Positions 23,907 to 36,867 of a stretch of 64,000 bases of DNA are shown here, piece by piece. Source of the DNA: Squalus acanthias (taxonomy: Eukaryota); the NCBI GenBank assembly GCA_030390025.1, contig JASTWF010000035.1, positions 372,001 to 436,000 of the forward strand, given 5' to 3'. Every line of letters starts with the position of its first letter. The stretch's first letter is position 1. A model generated the notes under the pieces. It was given only the letters and a program-made list of their open reading frames with translations. It made no database searches and had not been told where the DNA came from. Made by a program: the position numbers and the translations under genes.

Positions 23907-25120
23907 TTTTTTTTATTCGTTTATGGGATGTGGGTGTCGCTGGCAAGGCCAGAATTTATTGCCCATCCCTAATTGCCCTTGAGAAGGTGGTGGTGAACTG
24001 CCTTCTTGAACCGCTGCAGTCCGTGTGGTGATGGTACTCCCACAGTGCTGTTAGGGAGGAAGTTCCAGGATTTTGACCCAGCGACGATGAAGGAATGGTG
24101 ATATACTTCTAAGTCAGGATGGTGTGTGACTTGGAGGGGAACATGGAGGTGGTGGTGTTCCCATGCTCCTGCTGCCCTTGTCCTTCTAGGTGGAAGAGGT
24201 CGCGGGTCTGGGAGGTGCTGTCGAAGTAGCCTTGGCGAGTTGCTGCAGTGCATCTTGTAGATGGTGCACACTGCAGCCACGGTGCGCCAGTGGTGGAGGG
24301 AGTGAATGTTTAAGGTGGTGGATGGGGTGCCAATCAAGCGGGCTGCTTTGTCCTGGATGGTGTCGAGCTTCTTGAGTGTTGTTGGAGCTGCACTCATCCA
24401 GGCAAGTGGAGAGTATTCCATCACACTCCTTACTTGTGCCTTGTAGATGGTGGAAAGGCTTTGGGCAGTCAGGAGGTGAGACACTCGCCGCAGAATACCC
24501 AGCCTCTGACCTGCTCTTGTGGCCACAGTATTTATGTGGCTGGTCCAGTTAAGTTTCTGGTCCTTGGTGACCACCCAGGATGTTGATGGTGGGGGATTTG
24601 GCGATGGTAATGCTGTTGAATTTGAAGAGGCGGTGGTTAGACTCTCTCTTGTTGGAGATGGTCATTGCCTGGCACTTGTGTGGCGCGAATGTAACCTGCC
24701 ACTTATCAGCCCAAGCCTGAACGTCGTCCAGGTCTTGCTGCATGCGGGCATGGACTGCTTCATTATCTGAGGTGTTGTGAATGGCACTGAACACTGTGCA
24801 ATCATCAGCGAATATCCCCATTTCTGACCTTATGTTGGAGGGAAGGTCATTGATGAAGCAGCTGAAGATGGTTGGGCCTAGGACACTGCCCTGAGGAACT
24901 CCTGCAGCGATGTCCTGGGGCTGTGATGATTGAGCTCCAACCACCACAACTATCTTCCTTTGTGCTAGGTATGACACCAGCCAGTGAAGAGTTTTCCTCC
25001 CGATTCCCATTGACTTCAGTTTTACGAGGGCTCCTTGATGCCACACTCGGTCAAATGCTGCCTTGATATCAAGGGCAGTCACTCTCACCTCACCTCTGGA
25101 ATACAGCTCCTTTGTCCATC
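23907..25120 (-). mobile_element. Second LINE family (CR1/L2 group), 3' fragment; other pieces at ~2520-2975, 8927-9197, 11100-12920, 29900-30525, 52580-53370, 58600-58820
   Basis: [27 protein letters not shown] and MEYSPLAW...QDKAARLIG motifs; shared 3' end GCCAGCGACGCCCACATCCCATGAATGAAT. Confidence 0.8.
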
Positions 25121-25614
25121 GTAGCCTGGAAGATTTTGGGGGAGGACTTTACACCATACGGCAGCTTGGTGTATGAGTACAGTCCCTTGTGTGTGTTGAT
25201 GGTGAGATACTGTTGACTCTATTTGTCAACATTCAGCTGAGCTTAAGCGTGCGACAGGTCAAGCTTGGAGAAAACCTTTGACCCAGAGAGTGCTGCATAC
25301 AAATCTTGCGATGTAGGTAACGGGTACTGCTCATCGTCAACCGCTTGGTTGATAGTAACTTTGTAGTCACCGCACAAGCGTACAGTCTTGTCTGCTTTAG
25401 GCACTACAGCAATCAAGGTAGCCCATTCACTTTTTTCAGTTTTTACCAGCACTCTGTTCTCTCTCAGCTTCGCTAGCTCTTCCTCCATCTGCCTTATCAA
25501 TGCATAGGGGACCGACCTTTCCTTACAATAGACAGGCTTCGCGTTGGACATGATGCGGATATGCGTGTCATACCCAGTGATGCCCTCATAACTGTCTGAG
25601 AACATGCTTTTATA

Positions 25615-26525
25615 CTTTCCCCTCCCCACCTTCAGCATTCCGAAGGGACTGCTCCCTCCGCGACACCCTGGTCCACTCCTCTATCACCCCCAACACCCCT
25701 TTCCCTCCCCACGGCACCTTCCCGTGCAAGCGCAGGAGATGCAACACCTGCTCTTTTACCTCCTCCCTTCCCACTGTCCAGGGCCCCAAACACTCCTTCC
25801 AGGTGAAACAGCGATTTACTTGTACTTCTTGCAATCTAGTATACTGTATTCGCTGCTCACGATGTGGTCTCCTCTACATTGGGGAGACCAAACGCAGATT
25901 GGGTGACCGCTTTGCGGAACACCTCCATTCAGTGTGTAAGTGTGACCCCGAGCTTCCGGTCGCCTGTCACTTTAATTCTCCGCTCCACTCCCACTCAGAC
26001 CTCACCGTCCTCGGCCTCTTACACTGTTCCACTGAAGCTCAATGTAAGCTCGAGGAACAGCACCTCATCTTTCGATAAGGCACTTTACAGCCTTCCGGAC
26101 TCAACATCGAGTTCAACAATTTCAGACCATAACCTCGGCCCATGTTTTCTTTTTTGTCTCACATGGCAGCTGTTGATGATTCTGCCATTCCCATTTACAC
26201 TTCATCTAGAGCCATCTTTTGTTTCTTAACTTGTCCAATCACCATCTCCTTTTGTCTTGCACCATCATCCCTTTTGTCTTTCAATCTCTCCTGCCTTCCA
26301 GCCTATCCCAGACCTTCCCTTTTGTTCTTTCCTCCCCTCCCCCCTTTCCCTGCCCGTCACTTGCTTAAAAATCTGTTACTTCTCCAACTTTTTCCAGTTC
26401 TTTTTCATGGAGCTGAGCCGTGAACTCTGTTTCTCTCTCCGCGGAAGCTGCCTGACCTGCTGAGTGTTTCCAGCATTTTCTGTTGTTTCAGATTTCCAGC
26501 ATCCGCAGTATTTTGCTTTTGCTTT
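25615..26525 (+). mobile_element. Penelope-like element 3' part (GIY-YIG endonuclease)
   Basis: GTFPCKRRRCNTC...VYCIRCSRCGLLYIGETKRRLGDRFAEH...KLEEQHLIFR. Confidence 0.85.
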
Positions 26526-26990
26526 TATACTTGTGTCGAGTCGCTTCTTTGAAGCATCTACACTGAAGATGTTTCTCCAGTCTAGTTTTAACTTTCTCAA
26601 CCAGTCTTTGCCCATGAGGGTTGGCCTGTTGTTGTAGCTCGCTACAATAATAGGCAGCTTTACTGACTGGCCGTTGTGCTGAACTGTACATTCCATTTGT
26701 CCACATGTCTCTAGGATTTCTCCGTAGTAGGTTTTTAACTCTACGGTACTCTTTGTAAATGGTATCTGATTAAACTTACTCTCATATGTGTCCTTACTCA
26801 TGGTAGAGCAGTCCGCCGCTGTGTTGATACACATATCAATATATTGCTCTTACACTGCTCCAACGAAACTCAACGTAAGCTCGAGGAACAGCACCTCATC
26901 TTTCTAGGGCAGTTGGAAAGATTAACTGGCAGTGTTCTCTGTCTATATATGCTGTGCCTATATGCATCTCTTCACTTCACCTGATGAAGG

Positions 26991-27424
26991 AAACATAGAA
27001 ACATAGAAACATAGAATCTAGGAGCAGGAGTAGGCCATTCGGCCCGTCGAGCCTGCTCCACCATTCAATACGATCATGGCTGATCATCCAAATCCAGTAC
27101 CCTGTCCCTGCTTTAATCCCCACAGTACACATATCCCACCCTACCCCCGTAACCCCACCTATTTAATTCCCCCTAACATATCCCATCCTATCCCCATAAC
27201 CCCACATATTTAATCCCCCCCTAACACTAAGGGTCAATTTATCATAGCCAAATCAACCTAACCCGCACATTTTTGGACTGAGGGAGGAAACCGGAGCACC
27301 CGGAGGAAACCCACGCAGACACGGGGAGAATGTGCAAACTCCACACAGACAGTCACCCGAGGTCAGATTCGAACCCGGGTCCCTGGCGCTGTGAGGCACC
27401 AGTGCTAACCACTATGCCACCGTG
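26991..27424 (-). mobile_element. HE1-like V-SINE (tRNA-derived head, V domain, CR1-derived tail)
   Basis: Minus strand: CACGGTGGCATAGTGGTTAGCAC...GGTTCGAATC A/B boxes; V-domain GTGTGGAGTTTGCACATTCTCCCCGTGTCTGCGTGGGTTTCCTCCGGGTGCTCCGGTTTCCTCCC; CTATGTTT tail. Confidence 0.85.
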
Positions 27425-28414
27425 TTGCAGCGCTCCGAAAGCTTGTGATTTCAAATAAAGCTGTTGGACTATAACCTGGTGTTGTGCAACTTCTCACATT
27501 TGTCCAACCCCCCAGTCCAACACCGGCATCTCCACATCATGGCATCTTTCTATTAGGCACTTTACAGCCTTCTGGACTTAACATCGAGTTCAACAATTTC
27601 AGGCTATAAATTGGCCCCTGTATTTCTTTCTTTCTTCTCTTGTTTCCTCACATGGTAGCTGTTAATGTCGCTGCTATCATCATTCACACATCATCTAGAG
27701 CCATCTTTTGTTTCTTAACTTGTCCAATCACCATCTCCTTTTGTCTTGCACCATCATCCCTTTTGTCAGTAAATCTCTCCTGCCTCCCAGCCTATCACAG
27801 ACCTTCCCTTTATTCTCTCCTCCCCTCCATGCTGCCCCTGCTTAAAAATCTCTCCTCCCCAACCTTTTCCAGTTCTGACGAAGGGTTCGACCTGAAACGT
27901 TGACTCTGTTTCTCTCTCCTCGATGCTGCCTGACCTGTTGAGTGTTTCCAGCACTTTCTGTTGTTATTTCAATATATTGCTCGTTGATCAAAAATGTTAT
28001 ATGAAAGTCTTTCTCACGACTGCTAGCGTTGCCGCTAGCGGCATAGATACTGTAGATGCCTAGTTCTTCAACATCAGGTGTGTTCACTTCAATATTGTGA
28101 ATTCCTCCCTTTTGTTGTCACTTACATTGCAAAGTTGGCAAGCCAGCTGCACGGGATCCTCGGAGCGCTGTGCGCAGCTGACAGGGAACATTGGTTTAGA
28201 GGTGACTGATGCACTGGACATGACAAAGTCTATGGGCCCTGATAACATCTCGGCTGTAGTGTTGAAGACCTGTGCACCAGAGCTAGCCGCTCCTCCAGCC
28301 AAGCTGTTCCAGTACAGCCCTGACACTGGCATCTAACTGACAATGTGTAAGATTGCCCAGGTACCACCTATCCATGAAAAACAGGATAAATCTAACATAT
28401 TGTAAGTCATCTCC

Positions 28415-29421
28415 CACCCTGTTCCCAGTCTGATCCTGGACTCTCAGTCCCACTCCCGCCCTGTTCCCAGTCTGATCCAGGACTCTCAGTCCCACTCCCG
28501 CCCTGTTCCCAGTCTGATCCTGGACTCTCAGTCCCACTCCCGCCCTGTTCCCAGTCTGATCCTGGAATCTCAGTCCCACTCCCGCCCTGTTCCCAGTCTG
28601 ATCCTGGACTCTCAGTCCCACTCCCGCCCTGTTCCCAGTCTGATCCTGGACTCTCAGTCCCACTCTGGCCCTGTTCCCAGTCTGATCCTGGACTCTCAGT
28701 CCCACTCCCGCCCTGTTCCCAGTCTGATCCTGGACTCTCAGTCCCACTCCGCCCTGTTCCCAGTCTGATCCAGGACTCGGTCCCACTCCCGCCCTGTTCC
28801 CAGTCTGATCCTGGACTCTCAGTCCCACTCACACCCTTTTCCCAGTCTGATCCTGGACTCTCAGTCCCACTCCGCCCTGTTCCCAGTCTGATCCTGGACT
28901 CTCAGTCACACTCCCGCCCTGTTCCCAGTCTGATCCTGGACTCTCAGTCCCACTCCGCCCTGTTCCAAGTCTGATCCTGGACTCTCAGTCCCACTCCGCC
29001 CTGTTCCAAGTCTGATCCTGGACTCTCAGTCCCACTCCGCCCTGTTCCCAGTCTGATCCAGGACTCGGTCCCACTCCCGCCCTGTTCCCAGTCTGATCCT
29101 GGACTCTCAGTCCCACTCACACCCTGTTCCCAGTCTGATCCTGGACTCTCAGTCCCACTCCGCCCTGTTCCAAGTCTGATCCTGGACTCTCAGTCCCACT
29201 CCCGCCCTGTTCCCAGTCTGATCCTGGACTCTCAGTCCCACTCCCGCCCTGTTCCCAGTCTGATCCTGGACTCTCAGTCCCACTCCCGCCCTGTTCCCAG
29301 TCTGATCCTGGACTCTCAGTCCCACTCCCGCCCTGTTCCCAGTCTGATCCTGGACTCTCAGTCCCACTCACACCCTGTTCCCAGTCTGATCCTGGACTCT
29401 CAGTCCCACTCCCGCCCTGTT
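28415..29421. repeat. Minisatellite, 42-bp unit CCCTGTTCCCAGTCTGATCCTGGACTCTCAGTCCCACTCCCG
   Basis: Direct tandem repeats. Confidence 0.97.
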
Positions 29422-29547
29422 CTCGCCCTGTACCCAGCCTGGTGAAAATGGCCCCAGTGTGTTTACAGCAGGACTGAATTGAAGGGACTTTGTGCTGGGT
29501 AATTGCTCTGGATCTGGATTAACGCAGCCGAGTGTCTTCTCTCTCAG

Positions 29548-29637
29548 GTTTGAAGCCGGCAATCACCTCTGAGGGTTTGGAACTGACCTATGCCACCAAC
29601 CACCTGGGCCCATTCCTCCTGACAAGCCTGCTGCTGG
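29548..29637 (+). CDS. SDR copy 1, exon 3 (not in the ORF track)
   Basis: Acceptor ctctctcag|; GLKPAITSEGLELTYATNHLGPFLLTSLLL (NHLGxF motif of the RDH11-14 group); donor G|gtgagt; 90 nt, phase 1/1. Confidence 0.9.
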
Positions 29638-30978
29638 GTGAGTGATTCTCTCTGCATTGATGATAATACAGGTCAATAAGGCCATAAAAAGCAAACCAAG
29701 CATTGGGTTCATTTCTAGAGGGATAGAAATGGAAAGCAGAGAAGTTATGCTAAACTTGTATGGAACCTTGGTTCGATCACACTTGGAGCACTGTGCACAG
29801 TTCTGGTCGCCGTATTATAAAGGATATAGAGGCACTGGAGAAGGTGCAAAAATGATTGACAAGAATTAGACCAGAACTGAGAGATTATATCTATCAGGAT
29901 GCTTTGGCAACAAGAGTAGGTCAGAGGCGAGGTATTCTGCAGCGAGTGTCTCACCTCCTGACTCCCCAAAGCCTTTCCACCATCTACAAGGCACAAGTAA
30001 GGAGTGTGATGGAATACTCTCCACTTGCCTGGATGAGTGCAGATCCAACAACACTCAAGAAGCTCGACACCATCCAGGACAAAGCAGCCCGCTTGATTGG
30101 CACCCCATCTACCACCTTAAACATTCACTCCCTCCACCACCAGCGTACCGTGGCTGCAGTGTGTTCCATCTACAAGATGCACTGCAGCAACTCGCCAAGG
30201 CTTCTTCGGTAGCACCTCCCAAACCCACAAACTCTTCCACCTAGAAGGACAAGGGCAGCAGGCGCATGGGAACACCACCACCTCCACGTTCCCCTCCAAG
30301 TCACACACCATCCTGACTTGGAAGTATATCGGCCGTTCCTTCATCGTCGCTGGGTCAAAATCCTGGAACTCCCTCCCTAACAGCACTGTGGGAGTACCTT
30401 CAACACACAGACTGCAGCGGTTCAAGAAGGCAGCTCACCACCACCTTCTCAAGGGCAATTAGGGATGGGCAATAAATGCCGGCCTTGTCAGCGATGCCCA
30501 CATCCCATAAACAAATTTTTAAAAAAGGAAAGCTTGAACAGGCTGGAGCTCTTTTCTCTAGAAAAGAGAAGGCTGAGGGGTGACCTGATAGAGGTCCTTA
30601 AGATTATGAAAGGGTTCGATAGGGTAGACGAGACCAGAACTAGGGGCCATCAATATAAGATAGTCACTAATAAATCCAATAGGGAATTCAGGAGAAACTT
30701 CTTTACCCAGAGAGTGGTGAGAATGTGGAACTCGCTACCACAGGGAGTGGTTCAGGTGAATAGTTAAGAGGCATTCAAGGGGAGGCCAGATGAACAAACA
30801 CCTGAGGGAGAAAGGAATAGAAGGTTATGTTGATGGGGTGAGATGAGGAGGGGTGGGAGGAGGCTCGTGTGGAGCATAACCACCAGCACAGACCAGTTGG
30901 GCCGAATGGCCTGTTTCTGTGCTGTACATTCTATGTAATTCTATGTCGTTCTGTCACAATCTCGTTTCCAATTTTTAG

Positions 30979-31170
30979 ATTTGGTGAAGTGCTCGCAGAA
31001 TGCACGGATTGTGAATGTCTCTTCGATGATTCACAGATGGGGGGAGGTAGACTTCAGGCAGATGAGAGGCGACAACCTGCCAAACTCCCTGGGAAAGTTG
31101 ATGTACCAGAACACCAAACTAATGAACGTCCTGTTCACACTGGAGCTGTCCAATCAACTCCGTCACACAG
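30979..31170 (+). CDS. SDR copy 1, exon 4 (catalytic)
   Basis: Acceptor tttttag|; ARIVNVSS and YQNTK (catalytic Ser and YxxxK); donor ACAG|gtagg. Confidence 0.92.
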
Positions 31171-32461
31171 GTAGGAACAGCCGGGGCTGGAGGGGGGGAT
31201 GGGGTCTGTCGCTAAGAGTCAGTGTTCACCCGGACATTCAATACTGTGCGTTTATGAGGGCCGCAATCATTAGTAATCCAGAGGCCTGGACTAATAATCC
31301 AGAGAACGTGAGTTCAATTCCTACCATGGCGGTTTGAGAATTCGAATTCAGTCAATTAAAATCTGGAAATAAAAAGCTGGGATCAGTAAACGTGACCATG
31401 AAGCTGTGGGATTGTTGTTAAAAACCCAACTGGTTTCACTGATGTCCGTTAGGGAAGGAAACCTGCCGTCCTTACCCGGTCTGGGCCTATATGTGACTCC
31501 AGACCCACACCAACGTGGTTGACTCTTAACTGCCCTCAGTTGTATTAAGAAGGCGGCTCACCACCACCTTCTCAGGGCAGCTAGGGATGGGCAATAAATG
31601 CTGGCCTTGCCAGCGACGCCCACATCCCATAAACAAATGAAAAAGGTGCCTGACGGGATGAGCTGGGACGCTGAGATGGAAAAGATTTAAGGAGGTTGCT
31701 GAAGGTGGGGAGAGATATTGCAGGATGGAGGTTTAGACAGAGCTTCTCAACGACTGCTGCAATGTTGGGATGCAGGAGTGGACCTGTAGCCAGGCTCAGT
31801 CCCAGTTAAAACCCACAAAGACTGAGTGAACCATTCGCTTCCATTGGAAGGTGAGTCAGAGCTGCAACTCGCCATCACATCACTGACCTGGGGAGATCTT
31901 TCCTCCTCTCACTGTCGGGCATGACCTGTCCTTTATTTGAGGTGCGCTCTGTTGCTGTGCTCCCGCACCCTCCACAGGACACGTTGCCAATGATATTCCC
32001 ATCCAGGGCCAGGTGGAGAATCCAGCCCCAGACAGATGTTGAGGTGGAACCCGGTGTGCCGGTTTGGTGAGTGGGGGCGTATCTGGGAGTGGGAGGAGGA
32101 TGGTGCGGGCGGCACTGTCAAAGCCTTTGGAGAGATGAAGGAGAATGAGGAGGGATAGTGCATCATGGTCACCGTCGCAGAGAATGGCGTTCGTGGCTTG
32201 GGTTTGAGCTGTTGTGGTGCCGTGCAAGGGGTGGAGAAACCTGAATGGAAAGATTGAACCCACTCCCCCCGAAACATTAACACCCCCTCCGAAACATGAA
32301 CCCTCCAGTGATTGTAGGACTGTGCAGCATAGTGGAGGAGGGCAGTTTTGTGTGCTGTAATTAATGAGGCTGAGAGTTGTATTTCAGGACTCTTATTACC
32401 TTGATAACTCTAGTTAGATCATTAAACTTATTTCTACCATTTCCACCATGCTCTTGGTACA

Positions 32462-34648
32462 ATAGAGTCATAGAGTCATAGAGTTTATACAGCGCAGAAA
32501 GAGGCCCTTCGGCCCATCGTGTCCGCGCCGGCCATCAAGCCCTGTCTATTCTAATCCCATTTTCCAGCACTTGGTCCGTAGCCTTGTATGCTATGGCGTT
32601 TCAAGTGCTCATCTAAATGCTTCTTGAATGTTGTGAGGGTTCCTGCCTCTACCATCCTTTCAGGCAGTGAGTTCCAGATTCCAACCACCCTCTGGGTGAA
32701 AAAGTTTTTCCTCAAATCCCCTCTAAACCTCCTGCCCCTTACCTTGAAACTATGCCCCCTGGTTATTGACCCCTCTACTAAGGGGAAAAGTTCCTTTCTA
32801 TCTACCCTATCTATGCCCCTCATAATTTTGTACACCTCAATCAGGTCCCCCCTCAGCCTTCTCTGCTCTAAAGAAAACAACCCCAGCCTGTCCAGTCTCT
32901 CTTCATAGCTGAAGCGCTCCAGCCCAGGTAACATCCTGGTGAATCTCCTCTGCACCCTCTCCAATGCAATCACATCCTTCCTATAGTGTGGCGACCAGAA
33001 CTGCACACAGTATTCCAGCTGTGGCCGAACTAGCGTTTTGTACAGCTCCATCATAACCTCCCTGCTCTTATATTCTATGCCTCGGCTAATGAAGGCAAGT
33101 ATCCCATATGCCTTTTTAACCACCTTATCTACCTGTCCTGCTGCCTTCAGGGATCTATGTACATGCACACCAAGGTCCCTCTGATCCTCTGTCCTTCCTA
33201 GGGTCCTACCATTCATTGTGTATTCCCTTGCCTTGTTAGTCCTCCCAAAATGCATCACCTCACACTTTTCAGAGTTAAATTCCATTTGCCACTGTTCTGC
33301 CCATCTAACCAACCCGTCTATATCGTCCTGTAGCCTGAGGCTTCCCTCCTCGCTATTTACCACTCCACCAATTTTCGTGTCATCTGCGAACTTACTGATC
33401 ATATCTCCTACATTCATATCTAAATCATTAATGTACACTACAAACAGCAAAGGACCCAGCACCGATCCCTGCGGTACACTACTGGACACAGGCTTTCAGT
33501 CACAAAAACAACCTTCGACCATCACCCTCTGCCTCCTCCCACTTAGCCAATTTTGGATCCTATGCGCCAAGTTGCCCTGGATCCCATGGGCTCTTACCTT
33601 TTTGACCAGTCTCCCATGCGGGACTTTGTCAAAAGCCTTACTGAAGTCCATGTAGACCACATCAACTGCACTACCCTCATCCACACACCAAGTCAACCCC
33701 TCGAAAAATTCAATCAAATTGGTTAGACATGATCTCCCCCTGACAAAGCCATGCTGACTATCCTTGATTAATCCTTGCCTCTCCAAGTGGAGACTAATTC
33801 TGTCCCTCAGAATTTTTTCCAATAATTTCCCTACCACTGATGTTAGACTCACTGGCCTGTAATTCCCTGGTTTATTCCTACTACCCTTCTTGAATAATGG
33901 TACTACGTTAGCTGTTCTCCAGTCCTCTGGCACCTCCCCTGTGGCCAGAGAGGTTCTGAAAATTTGTGTCGGAGCCCCTGCAATCTCCTCCCTTGCCTCA
34001 CACAGCAGCCTGGGATACATCTCGTCTGGGCCTGGGGATTTATCCACTTTTAAGCCCGCTAAAACTGCTAGTACCTCCTCCCTCTCAATACTAATTTGTT
34101 CAAGTATATCACATCCCCCTGCCTGATTTCTATGCCTACATCTTACTTCTCCATAGTGAACACAGATGCAAAATATTCATTTAAAACCCCATCTACATCT
34201 TCTGGCTCTACACACAGATTGCCACTTTGGTTCCTAATGGGCCCTACTCTTTCCCTGGTTATCCTCTTGCCCTTAATATACTTATAAAACACCTTGGGAT
34301 TTTCCTGTATTTTGCCCGCCAGTGTTATTTCAAGCCCTCTCTTTGCTCTCCTAATTTCTTTAAGTACCCCCCTGCACTTTCTATACTCCTCTAGGGCTTC
34401 CACTGTTTTTGGTCCTTTGTATCTGCCAAAAGCCTCCCTTTTTTTCCGAATCCATTCTCGTGTATCCCTTGACATCCAGGGTTCCCTGGGCTTGTCGGTC
34501 CCACCCTTGACCTTTACGGGAACATGTTGCCGTTGTACTCTCTCTATTTCCTTTCTGAATGACTCCCACTGCTCTGATGTGGATTTTCCTACAAGTAGCT
34601 GATCCCAGTCCACTTTGGCCAGATCCTGCCTTATCATATTGAAGTCGG
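32462..34648 (-). mobile_element. 5'-truncated CR1, same subfamily as 13832-17223
   Basis: ORFs 32551-33489, 33496-34047 and 34143-34637 match ORF2 of 14351-17146; CTATGACT-type tail at ~32465. Confidence 0.9.
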
Positions 34649-35196
34649 TGTTAGATCAGAATTGGGACTTTTTCACAGGGGCCCACTTCTGACACCGGGA
34701 CTAATTAAAGTCCTAAGAGGTCACCCCTGCTCCCGGCATCCCAATTACTCACCAACGGGCCTTACTGTTACATCGAATTTGGAGCAAAACCAGACGGAGA
34801 CGGAACTGAAGACAAAGTAAAAGTTTATTGGAAACTAGCCAGAAGGCTTTGTGCACAAAGGGAGACAGGTTGATCTCCTCAGACTCGAACCCAACTCTCC
34901 AAGGATAAATTACATACAAGCATTGATATACCTTTTGATACGCAACACCCACAGGTTACAAAAGTGGGCGTGCACATAGAAACAGCGTCGCTACCATTGC
35001 TCCCTTATTGGTTAATGATCAGTCACTCAATGTTGGGAGACGCCTTGAAATGTTCTGTGACATTAAACATAACACATAGTTGTTATACATAGGGCCTTCA
35101 TCTAGTCTCTGGGGGCGAGGTCTACCAGACTCCATCTTGTCTCTTAATCAAGGTCGTACCACGCTTATCTTTCCTTTCCCATATTGTTGTATTTTC

Positions 35197-36867
35197 TGTA
35201 AGGGGTTATGTCGTGCTTGTATCACAGATGGTGCTGGTGCGGGGTTAGGCCTTCGTTGCCTAATACTATTGCTTGCTCTGGTCTCCGGCCAGCCTTGTTG
35301 CAATAAGCACCTGTGAGTGGTTCGACCCACTCGCCCTTACGGTTCTAACACTGGACTTAGGTGCGAGAGCAGTAATGCAGAGAAAAACTCAAATAGACCC
35401 GGTTGAATAGTACGAACTGGAAATCTTTATTGCATAGCGTCCAAAATCATGAAGTACATGTCATAGGCGCAAATTAACGAGAGTACAAGTATACATACAT
35501 TCATAAAGCTTGGTCTATGGTAATGAAGAACGCACGGCACATCGTAAAAAGGGGAACACATTATACTTTATCCTTAATAAAACCACCCTCCCTTATCAAT
35601 ACCTACACTACATCTAGATTTGTAGGATCGGGAAACATGCTCACCACTCGTGTTACTTCGGAGAATTTTTAAGTGAGGCACTCGGCTCGTTTCGCTGCAG
35701 CGCCTGACTGTCACGTGTTTGGAGGGGTCTCTGTACCCCACTTGTTTATCTTCGCTGCTGCGGCAAGCAGGCTGGGCTCCCCGTTGTCATGAAGAACTCG
35801 ACAGCACTCGGGCCCGGCTGTAGAATTCAAAAAAAAGTCTTCCTGTACCGACACCGGTTGTCGGTAGGATTCAAAGAAAAGTCTTCAACTGTGCAGTAAC
35901 CTGTAGAGTTCAAGAAATGGGTCGTATATTTTCGGGCGCGGTCGGGGTTTACTGACCGCGGCGGCACGTGGATTCTTCTTCTTCTCTTGTCATCTCGTCT
36001 TGTCTTGTTGGGCCTTCGGGTCCAAACACCATTTACCGACTCTCGGGATGGTGCACCCGATCACTGGCCTTCGTCGAGGCGGCTCGTTCCAATTGAGCTC
36101 CACCCAACATTCGAATAACCGTCCAGTGCGGCTAAAGTCCAGAGTCAACAGAGTCCAGAGAAAACACAGAAGTTCAGCCCGAGTCAAGAGACCGCAGAGA
36201 TAAGAGTCGAATCAAGAGACCGATGGACATTTGCTCACTATAGTTATAGTGCTGTGTTCCCTTATCTCCCGCCCAAATCTTAATGCTTGTCCTTTGTGAA
36301 ATATTGGCGCTCAAAACTCCCAGCATGGGGCGATTCTTGTCTTTAACGGGTTTCGGTAGTACCTGAAACTGGCCAACTTCCCGTTAATGTTTTCCCCATT
36401 GTTGGCCCAGCCAGGATCGTATGAACCGTCTCCCTGACTGGTTTTGGGGGCCCCCGAATACTTGTTTAATCACCCGAGAATGGCTCTCTCATTGTAGAGC
36501 CGTGGAGGTATTTGTGTATTGATGTGTCTGGATGGGCCTTCGATTGCCCAGTACAATTGTCCTTACTTGTGCATGGAAAACGATTCCAGCACTCATATCT
36601 TTTGCTATTGTCACAAATGCAAACAGGTTGCATCCTGTCTTTATCAGTGCTTATCGAGTATGATCCCGCCTTATATTGAAAAATATTTATTCGAACGCCA
36701 TCTTGTCTGCCCACTGAAATTCTGGAAGCTTCTGCCACGATGCGCGGCGGCCATTTTACAGGCTTCTGTGTCCTTTATATCAAGACAGCATTTCGTTTAA
36801 ATAAACTGATCAAACGAATCTGCTTCTATCTTGTTATTTCGAATCGCGATAATTGCGAAACTTTACA
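35197..36867 (-). repeat. Candidate 3' LTR of the env-bearing element
   Basis: Minus strand: purine tract AACAGGAGGGAC directly followed by TGTAAAG at 36867; TATA-like sequence near 36240; AATAAA near 35426-35431; candidate ...CTTACA end at 35197. The distal boundary is uncertain and there is no 5' LTR for comparison. Confidence 0.5.

Larger units (their letters stand above)
19458..28190 (-). mobile_element. Fragmented Ty3/Gypsy (Mag-like) LTR retrotransposon, broken by many nested insertions
   Basis: Short 3' LTR 19458-19592 (TGTAAT...ATCACA) with adjacent PPT (minus strand AAGGGGAAAGCAG); integrase pieces at 21095-21365 and 22360-22520 (FLLKYRTTPH); RT at 25120-25610 (VPKADKTVRLCGDYK, FSKLDL); protease region at 26530-26850. 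Confidence 0.75.

Noticed and set aside
27350..27424. tRNA gene
   Set aside because: The A/B boxes belong to a SINE head attached to a V domain and a LINE-derived tail.
28283..29562. GSGTESPGSDWEQG repeat proteins
   Set aside because: Translation of a 42-bp intronic minisatellite.
35351..35372. Possible primer-binding site (TGGACTTAGG...) after TCTAACA
   Set aside because: I cannot match it to a tRNA 3' end, and its orientation conflicts with the minus-strand element.
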